From positions 124,001 to 188,000 of the forward strand of contig JAPMXV010000042.1 of assembly GCA_026936335.1 (NCBI GenBank): a stretch of 64,000 nucleotides of DNA. Direction: 5' to 3'. This document shows, piece by piece, positions 1 to 12,484 of the stretch (position 1 is its first letter; the number at the start of each line of letters is the position of its first letter). The DNA comes from Mantamonas sphyraenae STR306 (Eukaryota > Protista > CRuMs). Below the pieces are notes generated by a model, which was not told the origin of the DNA, made no database searches, and saw only the letters and a list, made by a program, of their open reading frames with translations. Position numbers and translations under genes: made by a program.

Positions 1-1194
1 TTCGGCGACATGAACTATCGTGTAACGGACCTGGAACGCTCCGATTGCCTGGCGCTGATTGAGAAGAAGGACTGGACGACGCTGCAGACGTACGAGCAGC
101 TGCAACAGGAAAGAAAGGAAGAGAACCTGTTGACGGGTTTCCAGGAGGGGTTGGTCACGTTTGTGCCCACGTATCGCTACGAGCGGGGCTCGCGCGAGTG
201 GAGCAAAGAGAAGCTGCACAATCTTCCGTCGTGGTGCGACCGTGTGTTGTGGAAGTCGCAACCCAACCTGCATGCGTACCAGACGTCGTACAACTGCACG
301 TCGCAGCTGCTGACAAGTGACCACAGTCCCGTGTATGCCACCTTTTTCCTGGACACGTACAAGCCGTACTACCCGCTGGTGCTGCAGCCCAGCCCTCCCG
401 TGTGTAATATCATCATCACTGGCCTACGTGCCACCCTTTGGGCAAACGAGGGTAACACGCAGAGCAGCGCCAATCCGTTCATCCGCTTCCAGTCCCCGTT
501 GCTCGAGTCGGCCGTGTTTACAACCACACAGAACAAGACGCTGGAAGCCGAGTGGGCCGACAAGGACGTGCCTGTCCTCAACTCGGTGGTGACGCAGCTG
601 CCGTACGTCGCTCGTCACTTTCTGTGGGTGGACGTGCTGGAACTGGACAGGGCGGTGGGCATGGGCTGGAACGTGCTCAGCCACGCCTCCATCTCCCTGA
701 TGGACTCGTTTGTGGCTGGCGGAAAGACAGAGTTCAACGAACCGCTGCTGCTGCGAGGCACGCAGGTGGGCACCATTGAGGGTTCGGTGGAAATCAACAA
801 CGACGAGAACGACCCTGCGCTGCTGCGGTCTCAGTCGTCCAACAGGCCACACAAGACCAAGTTTGGCAGGAAGCGCAGCAACAAGAAGGAGGAGACAATG
901 AGTGCGGAGGAGGCAGAGATTCTGGACAAGATGACTGCAGGCGGTGACGATCTGGAGAGCGAGAACACAAGTGAGCGCAGCAGCAGCAGCAGCATGTCCA
1001 CCAGCTCACAGGGAGGCACCAGTGCTTCAGGAGGGCCCTCGGGTTCGCCTGCTTCGGCCATTGTAGCCAACAGCCAGCGGAGCAACAGCAGCGACGCTGT
1101 GCTCGAAGGCAAAACGGCAGACGATCTCGCGCGGGAGAGCATGCGCAACAAGCTCAAACCACGCAGCGGCTCCTTTTTCCGAAGGGGGAAGTGA
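1..1194 (+). CDS. Inositol polyphosphate 5-phosphatase, 3' part (catalytic C-terminus + C2-like domain + low-complexity tail); 5' end lies outside the window
   Basis: Window opens on FGDMNYR; PTYRY, PSWCDRVLW and TSDHSPV are the 5-phosphatase motifs; C2-like segment follows as in SHIP-type enzymes; TGA at 1192-1194. Confidence 0.9.
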   Translation, partial: FGDMNYRVTDLERSDCLALIEKKDWTTLQTYEQLQQERKEENLLTGFQEGLVTFVPTYRYERGSREWSKEKLHNLPSWCDRVLWKSQPNLHAYQTSYNCTSQLLTSDHSPVYATFFLDTYKPYYPLVLQPSPPVCNIIITGLRATLWANEGNTQSSANPFIRFQSPLLESAVFTTTQNKTLEAEWADKDVPVLNSVVTQLPYVARHFLWVDVLELDRAVGMGWNVLSHASISLMDSFVAGGKTEFNEPLLLRGTQVGTIEGSVEINNDENDPALLRSQSSNRPHKTKFGRKRSNKKEETMSAEEAEILDKMTAGGDDLESENTSERSSSSSMSTSSQGGTSASGGPSGSPASAIVANSQRSNSSDAVLEGKTADDLARESMRNKLKPRSGSFFRRGK

Positions 1195-1424
1195 GTGTGC
1201 CAAAGAGGGAGTGTTTGCCAATGGGAATGGATTGGGAACCGCACGTTTGCCGCTTTGCCGCTTTGCCGCGTTGCCTTGTCGTTGTTGATGTCAGAGTGTG
1301 GACTTTGTTCCGTTGTCGGTACTTATGTGTGGGAGAGCGCGTATGTGTGCGGGTGTGCCAGCAAGGGAGAGCTGTGGCATGCTGCGGCGGCGCAGCCATC
1401 CCCTTTTCGCGAGACTTCTCCCCC

Positions 1425-3310
1425 ATGAGCAGCAGCAGCTCGGCTCCAGTCAAGAACATTGTGTGCATCGGTGCAGGCTACGTGGGTGGTCCCACCATGG
1501 CCAAGATTGCCGAAAAGTGCCCGGACATCACCGTGACCATTGTCGACGTGTGGCAGGCGCGCATCGACGCTTGGAACTCCGACAAGTTGCCCATCTTTGA
1601 GCCCGGCCTCGAGGATATTGTCATGAGCGTGCGCAACAAGAACCTCTTCTTCACCACAGACACGTCTGTCATGCAGGACGCCGATGTCATCTTCATCGCC
1701 GTCGGCACCCCCACAAAGAGCTCGGGCGTCGGCAAGGGTGCGTTTTGCCCTCTCTGGAAACCGCTGCCCACCTTGCGCGCGCACACACACACGCCCCTCG
1801 CTCACACCTTCATTCTTTCTTGCTTTCTCCTTCCCCAACAGGCAAAGCTGCTGACCTCACTTACGTCGAGAGCGCCGCACGTAGCATTGCTGCTGTACGT
1901 GGTGTGCATTCCCCGCCGTTTCTGCGCCTCCCTACGTTTTCTCCCCTCTCCACACACACACGACCCATGTTTCGGCATTGTGCATACGCAGTAGATGATG
2001 GTGCACATCCACTGCAACCATCTCCCTGCCAGCCCATGCCACTCCACCCGCGCCCGTGGCTTCTAGGCGCCCGCAGAGCATGCGCCAAGCTACGCGGTCG
2101 GGGATCCGCAACCCTGAAATCCGGCAACCACCTTCCCTTTCCCCCGCACGCACTTCCTACACACACGAAACTCACACCCCTGCCTGCTTCCCTTGCCTTC
2201 CCCCTCCCCCCCCTTTCTCTCTCTGTTCCCCTCCAGGCATGCAAGGAGGGCTCGTATGTGATTGTGGAAAAGTCGACGGTGCCCGTGCGTGCCTCGGACT
2301 CCATCGAGACCATCCTCAAGACAAACAACACGTCTTGTGAATGGCATGTGCTGTCCAACCCGGAATTCCTGGCCGAGGGTACGGCCATGACGGATCTGGA
2401 GAACCCGGACCGCATTCTGATTGGTGGCCAGGACAACACGGAGGAGGCGCGTGCGGCCATGCAAAAGGTGGTCGACGTGTACGCACAGTGGGTCAACCCG
2501 GACAACATCATCACCACCAACCGTTGGTCGTCGGAGTTGTCCAAGCTGGTGGCCAACGCCTTTCTGGCACAGCGTATCTCCTCCATCAACAGCATCAGCG
2601 CCGTGTGTGAGGCTTCCGGAGCCGATGTGTACGAAGTGGCCAATGCCATTGGGCGTGACTCGCGCATCAGCAACAAGTTCCTGCGTGCCTCGGTGGGCTT
2701 TGGCGGCTCGTGCTTCCAGAAGGACATCAAGAACCTGGTGTACCTGTGTGAGACGTTTGGCCTGGAGGAGGTGGCTGCGTACTGGGACCAGGTCGTCACC
2801 ATGAACGATTACCAGAAGAAGCGCTTCACTCGCAAGATTGTCCGCTCCATGTTCAACTCGGTGCGCAACAAGAGCATCACCGTCCTCGGCTTTGCCTTTA
2901 AGAAGGACACCGGCGACACCCGCGAGAGTGCCGCCATCTACGTGTGTGCAGACCTCATTGAGGAGCGTGCCTCCCTCAAGGTGTACGACCCCAAGGTGGC
3001 GCGTGATCAGATGATGAACGATCTCAACGGCGTCCTGCAGGGATCGGCTGACCCCGAGGACTTTGTCACCACGGTGGACGACCCCTACGAGGCTGCCAAG
3101 GACTCGCATGCCCTCGTGGTCCTCACCGAGTGGGACGAGTTTAAGGAACTCGACTATGCCAAGATGTACGACAGCATGATGAAGCCTGCCTTTGTCTTTG
3201 ATGGCCGTGGCATCCTCGATGGCAAGGCCCTCCAGGACATCGGCTTCTGTGTGTACACCATTGGCAAGAGCGAGAAGCCCAACTTTGTCGAGAGCAGTTT
3301 GTTGGAATGA
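1425..3310 (+). CDS. UGDH: UDP-glucose 6-dehydrogenase (3 exons: 1425-1737, 1842-1894, 2237-3310)
   Basis: [11 protein letters not shown] Rossmann motif, [26 protein letters not shown] catalytic Cys, [11 protein letters not shown]; GT-AG introns restore [16 protein letters not shown]. Confidence 0.97.
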
Positions 3311-3372
3311 AGTGGATCGTTTGGAGCCTCCCCCTTCCCCCCACAAGCCTCTCGTGTCTTCACGCCGTGCCA

Positions 3373-6085
3373 TCACTCCATGAATCCAGCACTGTTGGTG
3401 TTGGTGTTGACGTTGCCGACCTGGTTGACAAGTTGAGTCAGCTTGTTGGACGTCTTGCCAATGAGCTCGTCGTTGGCGATGAGTTGGGTCTCCAGATCCG
3501 CCAGCTGCTTGACAGAGAGAGACGGGGCAACTGTGTCGAGCTTGGGTACCTTGGCCAGCTTCTGTCGCAGTTCCACCTTTTTGGCCTCCAATGCCTCCAT
3601 GTGTTGTTTGACCTTTTGTACCTGGGCATTCCACCGCTCCTCCGCCCTGCTTAGAGGCGCCACGTTGGCTGCCATTTCTAGCAAAGCGTCCGCTTTTTCT
3701 GTGAGCAGGGCTTGCATCTGTGTAACCACGTCCAGGTTGCGTTGGATCCTGTCGCGAACTTCCACTGCCTTTTGCAGGCGTTCACGTACCTCGAGCATGC
3801 TCTTGGAGTGCAGTTGGTACATGACTTGGAGGACATCGAGGCGCTCGTTGAGTTCCACGTGGATGGTGAGGATGCGCTTGAAGTATTCCTCCTCAAAAAG
3901 CATGCAAACGCGCTTGAAGTAATCGAGGTACTCCGGTGACAGGAACGCATCCTTGTCGTCATAGTCCACCCCCGAGCCCTGGGTGGCAAACAGGGGTACG
4001 GACCGAGAGTTTTGCGGCAGTGCAGCCATGTCCTGGGCATATTCTGGGTAAAGGCTGTCCAGGCGCTTTTCAAGAAACTCCTTGTGGTGGTCGAGCTGGC
4101 CCACAAGCTCCAGGTCTTGGTTGAGCTTGTGGTGGTTCAACTCTGTGCGTTCCAATGCGAGGCGGGACAGTTTGGTCCACACCTCGATGCACCTCAGGGC
4201 AGGCTCGGCGCTGAGAACGGTCAGAAAATACCCAGCGAGCGTGTCAGCCACAATGGCCACTCCCAGCAAGGGCTCCTGTGATTCCACCAGGTGACTGGCA
4301 GTTGCACGCTTGGTCAGAGCAGCGGGGGTCGATTCGCCGTCGTTGTCATCGTCTGCAGCGAACGAATCGACAAACGCCTGCAAATCGGTGATCCAGGGCA
4401 TCTCGATGGCATGGAGACCACGGCGGTGGGCACAGTACATGAGCGTAGGCGTCCACGAGTCGATTTGAAGACGCATGGAAGGGTACAGCTCGAGGGTGGT
4501 CATGGCCTGTTCTTCGTCGTCGGCGGCCCCCTGTCCCGGACGTGGCAGAGCCGAGTCCAGCTTCAGCAGCTCAAAAAGAACACAAGCTGCAGTGTCAAAG
4601 TCATTGTGAGACACAGAGCCAACCGAGGCTAGCGAGTCGTCTGCAGTTGCGGCGGCGGAGGAGGAGGAGGAAGAGGAGAGGCCGTCGCGGTCGAGGCGAG
4701 AGCGTGTGTGCCACTTGCCGACAATGGGTGAGACACACAGAAAGTATGCGACCAGACCTTGGACATAGGAGCAACACAGTAGGGTGGGCGACGCGTTGAG
4801 AATGCACATGTGTGAGGGCACTGCGTCAGCGAGAGGCGACGAGGAGGTGCTGCTGCTGCTGCTGCTGCTGCTGGCATCGTTTGGACTGTACAGAGGCCCC
4901 TGGAGGGCGAGTTTACGGTGAATAAATGTAGTCGGGGCGTGTGTTTGGAGCCATGCGTCGGCCGGGTTGCCCTGTGCTTGGAGTTGGACCTCGTCGATAC
5001 TGGTCTGGGAGATGCCCACCTCGGCGAGCCACTTGAGTTCATCCTTGGCCTGGACAGCCTGTGCGTCGGCGAGGAGCTGGGTGGCGACCTGGAGGGGCAG
5101 GTAGGTGTCGTGGGGCAACACGGGACACAGGGCCCACAGGCTGCAGTCAGCCATGAGCACGTGCAGCGTGAGCAGTTCCATGCCCTGGCCCTGAGTGTCC
5201 AAAGAACGGAAGCTGAAGCAACGTGGCTTGACGACGACGGAGTGTGTGTCACGGGAAGCGAGGGCCTGGGCAAGTCCGCCGGTGGCCGCGCCGCCTGCCA
5301 TTTGCTTGTACTGTCCGTCGTCATCCAACCGCAAGCACAGGTTGAATGTTTGTTCGGCGTGGTCGGCGTCCTCCTGCAGGTTGTACAGGCGCATGAAGCC
5401 GTCTGAGAAGAGAACGGCGACGTGGACGTCGCTGAGCGGGTGCCACTCAACCTGTACAACGCTCTTGCTGGTCGAATCCCAGTCTGCAACCTTCCACGAG
5501 CTGTGTGGACAGAGGAATGGACATGCAACAGGAAGTGCGTGGCGTGTGAGTGTACGTGCCAATGCAGCCAGGGAAGGCAGGGAAGGACGAGATGGAAAGC
5601 GCGCGCATGGGACATAGGATTCCGTGGTTCGCTCACCTGCACAGCACATTGCCAGCCTGGGTCTGGTTGAGAAAGGCGCCCTGGTGCATGTTATTGGGCA
5701 GCTGCACCACATGGATGGTGTGCCGTCCGTGCAGCAGGAGGTAGGAGGCGGTTTGGTTGACGGAGATGCGAACAATGGTCTCCTCGATGGCTGGTTCGAC
5801 CACGAACGTCCGATTGGCCTTGCTTGTCTTGCCTGTCTTGAGCAACCGCATGCTCACATACTCGATATGGCCCTGGGGCGTCCAAACGAGCAGGTCGCCT
5901 TGTTCTGCGAGAGAATGGGAGGACGGGAAGTGAGTGGATGATCAGCCGCGAGTGCAACCCCCTATTGCACGGGGCGAGAACATACCTGTGCTGGTCATAA
6001 CATCCTGGGGCTCCACGGTTCCTGACGACGCCACGTCTTGGAAGTGCGTGGCGACATCGTCAAGGAGTTCGTCGAGATCAGACAT
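3373..6085 (-). CDS. NUP88: Nucleoporin Nup88/Nup82 family (exons 6085-5986, 5904-5637, 5500-3373)
   Basis: QVEWHPLSDVHVAVLFSDGFMRLYNL propeller signature, LWALCPVLP, LQGPL, C-terminal coiled coil; in-frame GT-AG introns. Confidence 0.8.
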
Positions 6086-6129
6086 TTTGGTGTTTGGTTG
6101 TCTGCGACAACGCAGCCAAACAAGACCAC

Positions 6130-8235
6130 ATGGAGATCAGCTTGAGTGCAGCCGAGCTGGAGCAGCTCAAGGAGCGCTACCATCGCATGGCGGAAAAGTA
6201 CGGATGGAAAGGGCGTCATGGGACACGTAGGGGGATGGACGAGAACAGCGCGCCAAATCTGCAACGGCCGGTGTTTGACACCTTGGTCGGCAAGAAGAGC
6301 ATGGACACGTCCAGGAGCAGCAGCGAGGCGGATAGCGACTTGGATCGTTCGGAGGACGTGTCTGACGACATGGATCAATATGAAGAGGACGCAGAGGAGA
6401 GCGATGACGAGTACGTGACGGCTGACGAGGATTCGCCGCTTGTGATTCAAACACGACGGCCGCGTGCAATGCTTCTGGATGACAGTGGCTTTGTGGACGC
6501 CAACCAGACGTTTGCAAACGATGCTTCTACGCCCGAGGCCGAGCCGTTGACGATGGATGTGGCTGTGGAAGGCACCCGTGCATCGGAGAGCGACGACAGT
6601 CTCGAGACATCATCGGAAGCAGCCGTTGATGACGATGTGGAGGAGGAGCGTGTGTTTGTGGATGCCCCAGTGTCGTTTGCCTCGCCTGTGCTTGCAGCAG
6701 AGGCAGAGAAGCTTCTGATGGAAGGGGAGACCTCACCCATGCGCACGGACACAGCTGCGGCGGATGACGATGGTGAGGGTGATGATGATGGTGATGATGG
6801 TGATGATGGTGATGATGATGATGACTCGCCGCTGGTGTTGCATCGGCGCCCGAGTGCTCGGCTGCTGGACGACAGCGTTTTGAGCGCGAGCAGCGAGGCC
6901 AGCCAGAGCAACCAGCAAGATGGAGAGAAGAGTGAAGATGACGACGATGGGTCACCATTGGTGTTGCATCGGCGTGCCAGCACGCGACTGTTGGACGATA
7001 GTCTGGGCAGCCAGGCGCTGGAGGTGGCCGACGAGGATGTGGAATGCTCTGATTGCAGTGACGCAGAGATTGACGAGCTGGGTCAGTTGATGTCGTCGAT
7101 GAACATCGACTCGCATTCAACAGAGTCGCCCATGGGTGGCAGTAGGGAGGATGAAGAGGATGAGGATGAGGAGGACGACAAAGCTCTGGAGCGATCCCTG
7201 TACTCTGAGGAGGACTCGTTTATTGTGGACGACGATGAAATCGAGTATGAGGATGGATACGACGGAACAGGATACGAAGAGGAGGATGACGAGGCGGACG
7301 ATGACGAGCGGTTCTTTGCGCGTGGAGGATGGGGCCCGGAGATGAGCAGCAGCAGCAGCAGCAGCATGTTGCCGCCGTTGAATGGGAGCGTACGTGAACG
7401 GGAGAGTGTGGAGGACGATGTGTGCAGCAGTGACGAAGAGGTGGATGGGGTGGAGCACACGCCAAGGAAGACCCTGGCGACGCCGTGGACGCGCGTGAGC
7501 TCGTTCACGCCAAAGAGTCACCCGAAGCTGTGTGTTGTGAACAACCTACTGAACATGGAGACGCCGAGCAAACATGCATTTGCACGGTCGCGAGAGCGGC
7601 TGACGGCTGATTTGTATGCGCGGTACAACGCAGACGTGTTTGACAACCAGTTGCCAGCAGATTTGGAAATCACGTGGAGCAAATCACTGCGCAAGACGGC
7701 AGGGTTGACACGGATGTGCATTCGCAACGGGAAACACCACGCAACGGTGGAGCTGAGCGTAAAGGTGCTGGATTCGCTGGAGCGGCTGCAGGACACACTG
7801 GCCCACGAGCTGTGTCACGTGGGAGCATGGTTGGTGCACCACGTGCTCAAACCACCCCATGGTCCTGTGTTCAAGAGCTGGGCCAACGCATTCCACCAGG
7901 CGTACCCGTCGCAGGTGCACGTGACAACGACCCACAGCTACAAAATCGAGTTTAAGTACCACTACGAATGCACACAGTGCGGCCACGTGTACAAGCGCCA
8001 CTCCAAGAGCATCGATTTGCAGAACGACAGGTGCCGTTGCTACGGCATGCTGCGGCTGCTACCGCAGACTCTGAAGGATGGCACGCCGGCAAAGAAGCGT
8101 GCTCTCTCCAAGTATCAGTTGTTTGTCAAGGCCAACTATGGCAAGATCAAGGGGCAGAACAGCCATCTGCCGCATTCGGAGATCATGAAGCTGGTGGCAG
8201 CAGAGTGGGGCGCGCAAAAGGGCGATGGTGAGTGA
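6130..8235 (+). CDS. GCNA: GCNA/ACRC-like SprT metalloprotease (acidic disordered N-terminus, SprT HEXXH, zinc finger, HMG-like C-terminus)
   Basis: Long D/E/S-rich region, WSKSLRKTAG, DTLAHELCH, HGPVFKSWA, YECTQCG..RHSKS..CRC, SKYQLFVKANY..IMKLVAAEW; single exon. Confidence 0.88.
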   Translation: MEISLSAAELEQLKERYHRMAEKYGWKGRHGTRRGMDENSAPNLQRPVFDTLVGKKSMDTSRSSSEADSDLDRSEDVSDDMDQYEEDAEESDDEYVTADEDSPLVIQTRRPRAMLLDDSGFVDANQTFANDASTPEAEPLTMDVAVEGTRASESDDSLETSSEAAVDDDVEEERVFVDAPVSFASPVLAAEAEKLLMEGETSPMRTDTAAADDDGEGDDDGDDGDDGDDDDDSPLVLHRRPSARLLDDSVLSASSEASQSNQQDGEKSEDDDDGSPLVLHRRASTRLLDDSLGSQALEVADEDVECSDCSDAEIDELGQLMSSMNIDSHSTESPMGGSREDEEDEDEEDDKALERSLYSEEDSFIVDDDEIEYEDGYDGTGYEEEDDEADDDERFFARGGWGPEMSSSSSSSMLPPLNGSVRERESVEDDVCSSDEEVDGVEHTPRKTLATPWTRVSSFTPKSHPKLCVVNNLLNMETPSKHAFARSRERLTADLYARYNADVFDNQLPADLEITWSKSLRKTAGLTRMCIRNGKHHATVELSVKVLDSLERLQDTLAHELCHVGAWLVHHVLKPPHGPVFKSWANAFHQAYPSQVHVTTTHSYKIEFKYHYECTQCGHVYKRHSKSIDLQNDRCRCYGMLRLLPQTLKDGTPAKKRALSKYQLFVKANYGKIKGQNSHLPHSEIMKLVAAEWGAQKGDGE

Positions 8236-8273
8236 GTGTGTGAGCACGCAGGGAAAACCAAAGGAAACCGCAG

Positions 8274-11200
8274 ATGTCATCTTCTTCCTCGTCGTCATCG
8301 TCATCATCGTCCTCGTCATCCTCGTCAGGGATGCGGGCGCCTTCGGGGACAACCATTGAACGGATGTCGATTCTTGGCGTGCGCAGCTTCTCGGCGCAGC
8401 AAGCAGAGAGCATCAAGTTCTTCAAACCGCTGACAATCATTGTGGGCGAAAACGGATGTGGCAAGACGACCATCATTGAATGCCTGAAGTATGCCACAAC
8501 GGGAGACTTGCCGCCCAACTCGTCCAAGGGCCAGTTCTTTGTGCAACATCCAAAGATGGCAGGACAGGCGGAAGTGATGGCGCAGATCCGCCTGGAGTTC
8601 ACAAACGTCAAAGGCAAGAGTGCGCTGTGCATCCGCTCGTTCAAGGTGACGCAAAAGAACAAAAAGGGCGCACTGAGCTTCAAGAAGCTGGACGACGTGC
8701 TGCGTAGCGTGACGGGCCCAAACTCGGTGAGTGGCGAAAGTGATCAGGACTTGCAAGTTCCTGACATCTGCGGGTTTCCTCTTCCACCACCCTGCGCGCG
8801 CTGACACGGCTTCCGTTGCCTCTGCGGCGTCGGTATCCACGCGGCACTCAGTATGACGAAAAGACCTTTCGCTGTGCAGACTTTGACAAGGAGATCCCGC
8901 TGCTGATGGGGGTGTCGAAGCCGATTCTGGACAACGTGATTTTTTGCCACCAGGAGGACAGCAACTGGCCGTTGGCGGCAAGCGCAGACGTAAAGAAAAA
9001 GTTTGACGACATTTTTGCGTCGACGCGGTACAGCAAGGCACTGGTGCAGATCGAGGCCTTGAAGAAGGCCCAGATGCAAAAGGTGCGGGAGTACAAGCCG
9101 GAGCTGGAGGCAATCAACGAGCGCAAGACACAGAAAGAGGTGATTGAACGGAAGCGCAAGGAGCTGGGCATGCGTGTGATCAAGGTCAAGAAGGAGCTGG
9201 AGGAGCTGGAGGCGGCCAAGGCGACGGCGGAGGCGACTCTTGCAGCAAACAGGGAAACGATTGCCAAGATTGGCCGTCTGCGAAGCGAGCGGGACAGGAG
9301 CAAAGAGGAGATGGAGCGTATGCAGGAGCTTATTGCAGGGTTGAACCTGACGCACAAGCTGGACATGACGCTTGCGCAGCTGCAGGCGAGGTTGGAGAGC
9401 ATGGACGAAAGCGTACGGACGGGACAGGCACAGATGCGGGAAATCCAAGGAGACAAGCAAAAGCTGAATGCAAAGCTGGAGGAAGGGCGCAGGGAGCACG
9501 CAGCGCTGCAGAGCGAAGCCGGGGCCCTGAAGAAGGAAGCCGAGATTTACGAACACAACGCGAGCGTGCTGCGCAGTAAACTGGGCGCGGCGGCGGAGAC
9601 ATGGTCGATGGAGGGAGCTGGGCGAGACTGGTCGGCGTTGGACAGTCAAGAGGTGGCGGAGGCAGTGAAGGAGCTGGCACGGAAGCACGCCGAGTCCCAG
9701 AGCGAACGCGACAGACTGCGCAAGGAGCTGCAGGAGATGCAGGGGGACAGCAACGCAAAGCTGGGTGCGATGAAACAGACACAAGGCAAGCTGGAGGAGT
9801 CGTTGCGTCTGAAAAGTGCGGCACAAAAGCAGGCTGTGGCAAAGCGCAAGGCGAAGGAAGATCGGCTGCTGGAAAGCGGAGTGAGCGCAGAGAAGATGGA
9901 GGCGATGGAGAAGCGAGTGAAAGAGAAGGAGGAAGAGCTTGCCAGGCTGTCCAAGGCGCTGGAGGATGCCCGTGAGGAAGTCCAGGAGCATGAATTGGCG
10001 CGCGTGGAAGAGGCGTGCGAGCAGCGGAAGGAGGAGCTGATGAAGGAGATGGACGAATTGAACGGCGCGTCTTCGGACGAAGCGCGTCTTCAAGTGCGCC
10101 GACGTGAGCTGTTGGACGAGGAGGAGAAGCTGCAGGCGTTGATGGAGGCACGCGGAGCAGACGTCGGGCGCGCTTTGGGAGTGTCTGCGTCGCAGCTGGA
10201 TGCAGCTCGTGTTGAAGAGGAGGTGAAAGAGGCGCTAGAGAGGCAGTTGAGGGAAAGCGAGCGTGTCAAGGAGGCAAAAAGCAAGTGCGAACAGGAGCTT
10301 GCAAAGCTGCAGGGCGAGATCTCGTCAGTGCAGAAAGAGCTTCTGAGCAAGCGGGAGGCTGTGCAATCGCAAAAGGAGGTGCTGAAGAGCGTGAGTGGAG
10401 GACGAGACTTTGTGGAGACAAAGAGCAAGCTGGAGGAAAAGGTGAAGGAACTTGAGATCTCTGCACGTGTGGCGTCGACAGGCGTGGACATGTACACGTT
10501 GTTCCTTTCGACAGCCACCAAGGACAAATCGTGTCACGTGTGTCAGCGAGACTTTGGTGGCGACGAGGTGGCGCTGGCCGAGTTTGTGTCCGATCTGCAG
10601 CGGCTGATTGAGCAGCTCCGGCAGCCAGAACACATGGAAGAACAACAGCGGCTGTTGAAGGCGCAGCAAAGCGCGCTGGAGAAACTGAACGTGCACGTTG
10701 GCACGTACGAAGAGGTCCAACGGCTGGAAGGGACCGAGATCCCGGGACTGTTGGACAAGTTGGAGGAGAGAGAGAGCGAGGTGAGCGAGCTTGAGGCAGC
10801 GCTGGAAAGTGCGAACAAAGAGGTGGAGGATAGCGTGCGGAAGGAGGAACGTGTGCGCGAACTGGTGGCAGTTGCTGTGGAGATGGGTCGCGTGCAGGGA
10901 CGTGTGGTGGAGCTGAAGCGAGAGGTGGCTAGTGAAGAGGAGCGGCTGGGGAGCCTGCGAGGCAGTGCTCGACGTGGGATGGACGAAGTGCGGCGAGAGA
11001 TGAGTGAGGTGCAAGCACGTGCAAAGGAGGTGAAGGAGGAGATGCATGAGTGGCGACAGAAGCAAGAGGCGATGCAGGCGCGGATCACGGAGCAGCGGGA
11101 AGAGGTGAGCACTGCGCGAGAGCGGAGCCAGAAGGTGGGAGAGGCGATGCGTGAGAAGGAGCGGCTGGAGCGAGAGATCAAGGAGATGAGCGCAGAGGAG

Positions 11201-12412
11201 GAGCGGGTGCAGGAAGAGATGGAATCGCTGGAAGAATCGCTTGCGGAATCGAAGCGGGAGGTGCGTGCGTACGAGAGCGAGAGCAAAAGGCAGAGCGAGG
11301 AGTTGCAAGGGAAGGTGGAGCATGCCAGCAGCGGCTGCAATGCTCTGGACAAGGTGCTGAGCGAGGTGGAAAGCCTTCACCGAGGGGTGCGAAAGTACGA
11401 AGAAGGCGACCGGCTTGGCAGGATGCGAAGCAACGAAGAGCGGCTGGCAGAGGTTGCACGTCTGGAAGTGGAGTACCGGGAACAGCTTGCGGTTGCGGAG
11501 GAACAGGAGCAGGCGGTGCGAGCCGATGTGGAGAATCAAGAGTCGCGTCGGCAGAATGTGCTGAACAATATCCAGCTTCGATCGCTGGAAAGCAAGGTGG
11601 AAGAATGCAAGGCGAGTGTGGAACGATTGTCAGGGGAGCTGGATGCGATTCCGAATCAGGAGCAGTACGCGAGCGACGGGGAGGAGATGGAGGCGCGTGT
11701 GCGCGAGCTGGAGTCTGAGTGCGGCAAGAAGCTGGGGGAGATGACAATGTGCCGAGAAGAGATCAAGGAGCACGCGGTGACGCTGCAGGAGCGCAAGTAC
11801 AAGAGTGTGGAGAAGGAGTACGCGGAGAAGTTTGTGCAGTTGAAAATGACGGAGCTGGGCATCAACGACCTGGACAAGTATGCCAAGGCGTTGGACAAGG
11901 CACTGATGCGATACCACGACCTGAAGCTGACGGAGATCAACAAAATCATTGGGGAGATCTGGGGCAACACGTACCACGGCGGGGACATCGAGACCATCGA
12001 GATCACGTCGAATGTGGAGGAGAAGAAGCGGTCGTACAACTACCGTGTGCAAATGGTGAAGAACGGAGCACGTGTGGACATGCGCGGGCGATGCAGCGCC
12101 GGGCAGCGTGTGCTTGCAGCGCTTGTGATTCGGCTTGCGCTGGCAGAGACGTTCTGCCTGAACTGTGGCATCCTTGCGCTGGACGAACCGACGACCAACC
12201 TGGACAAGGTGAACGCAGAGGGGTTTGCAGACGCGCTGGCCGAGATTGTGGAACACCGGAGGCATCAGAGCGGCTTCCAGCTGCTTGTGATTACGCACGA
12301 CGCCGCGTTTGCCATGCGGCTGGCCGAGCTGACAAACACAGGCCCCGAGTATGCGTACACGGTGAGCAGGGATCCAAACACAAATGCGAGCAAGATCCGA
12401 TTGGGGCGTTGA
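8274..12412 (+). CDS. RAD50: DNA repair ATPase RAD50 (intron 8727-8851; start at 8274 or 8331)
   Basis: GENGCGKTTIIECLKY Walker A, IFCHQEDSNWPL Q-loop, CHVC zinc hook, RCSAGQ signature, LALDEPTTNLD Walker B/D-loop, VITHD; long coiled coils. Confidence 0.97.
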
Positions 12413-12484
12413 CGGTGAAGAAGGAGGGCAAGGCGATGCGCTTGCGGCACCACTGAGAATTTAATTCGAGGAAGTCAACAACCG

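Noticed and set aside
2090-3634. Long antisense or alternative-frame ORFs (e.g. 2090-3634, 8744-10093, 15628-17004, 42116-43483)
   Set aside because: Shadows of real genes caused by GC-rich codon bias and simple repeats; no recognisable motifs
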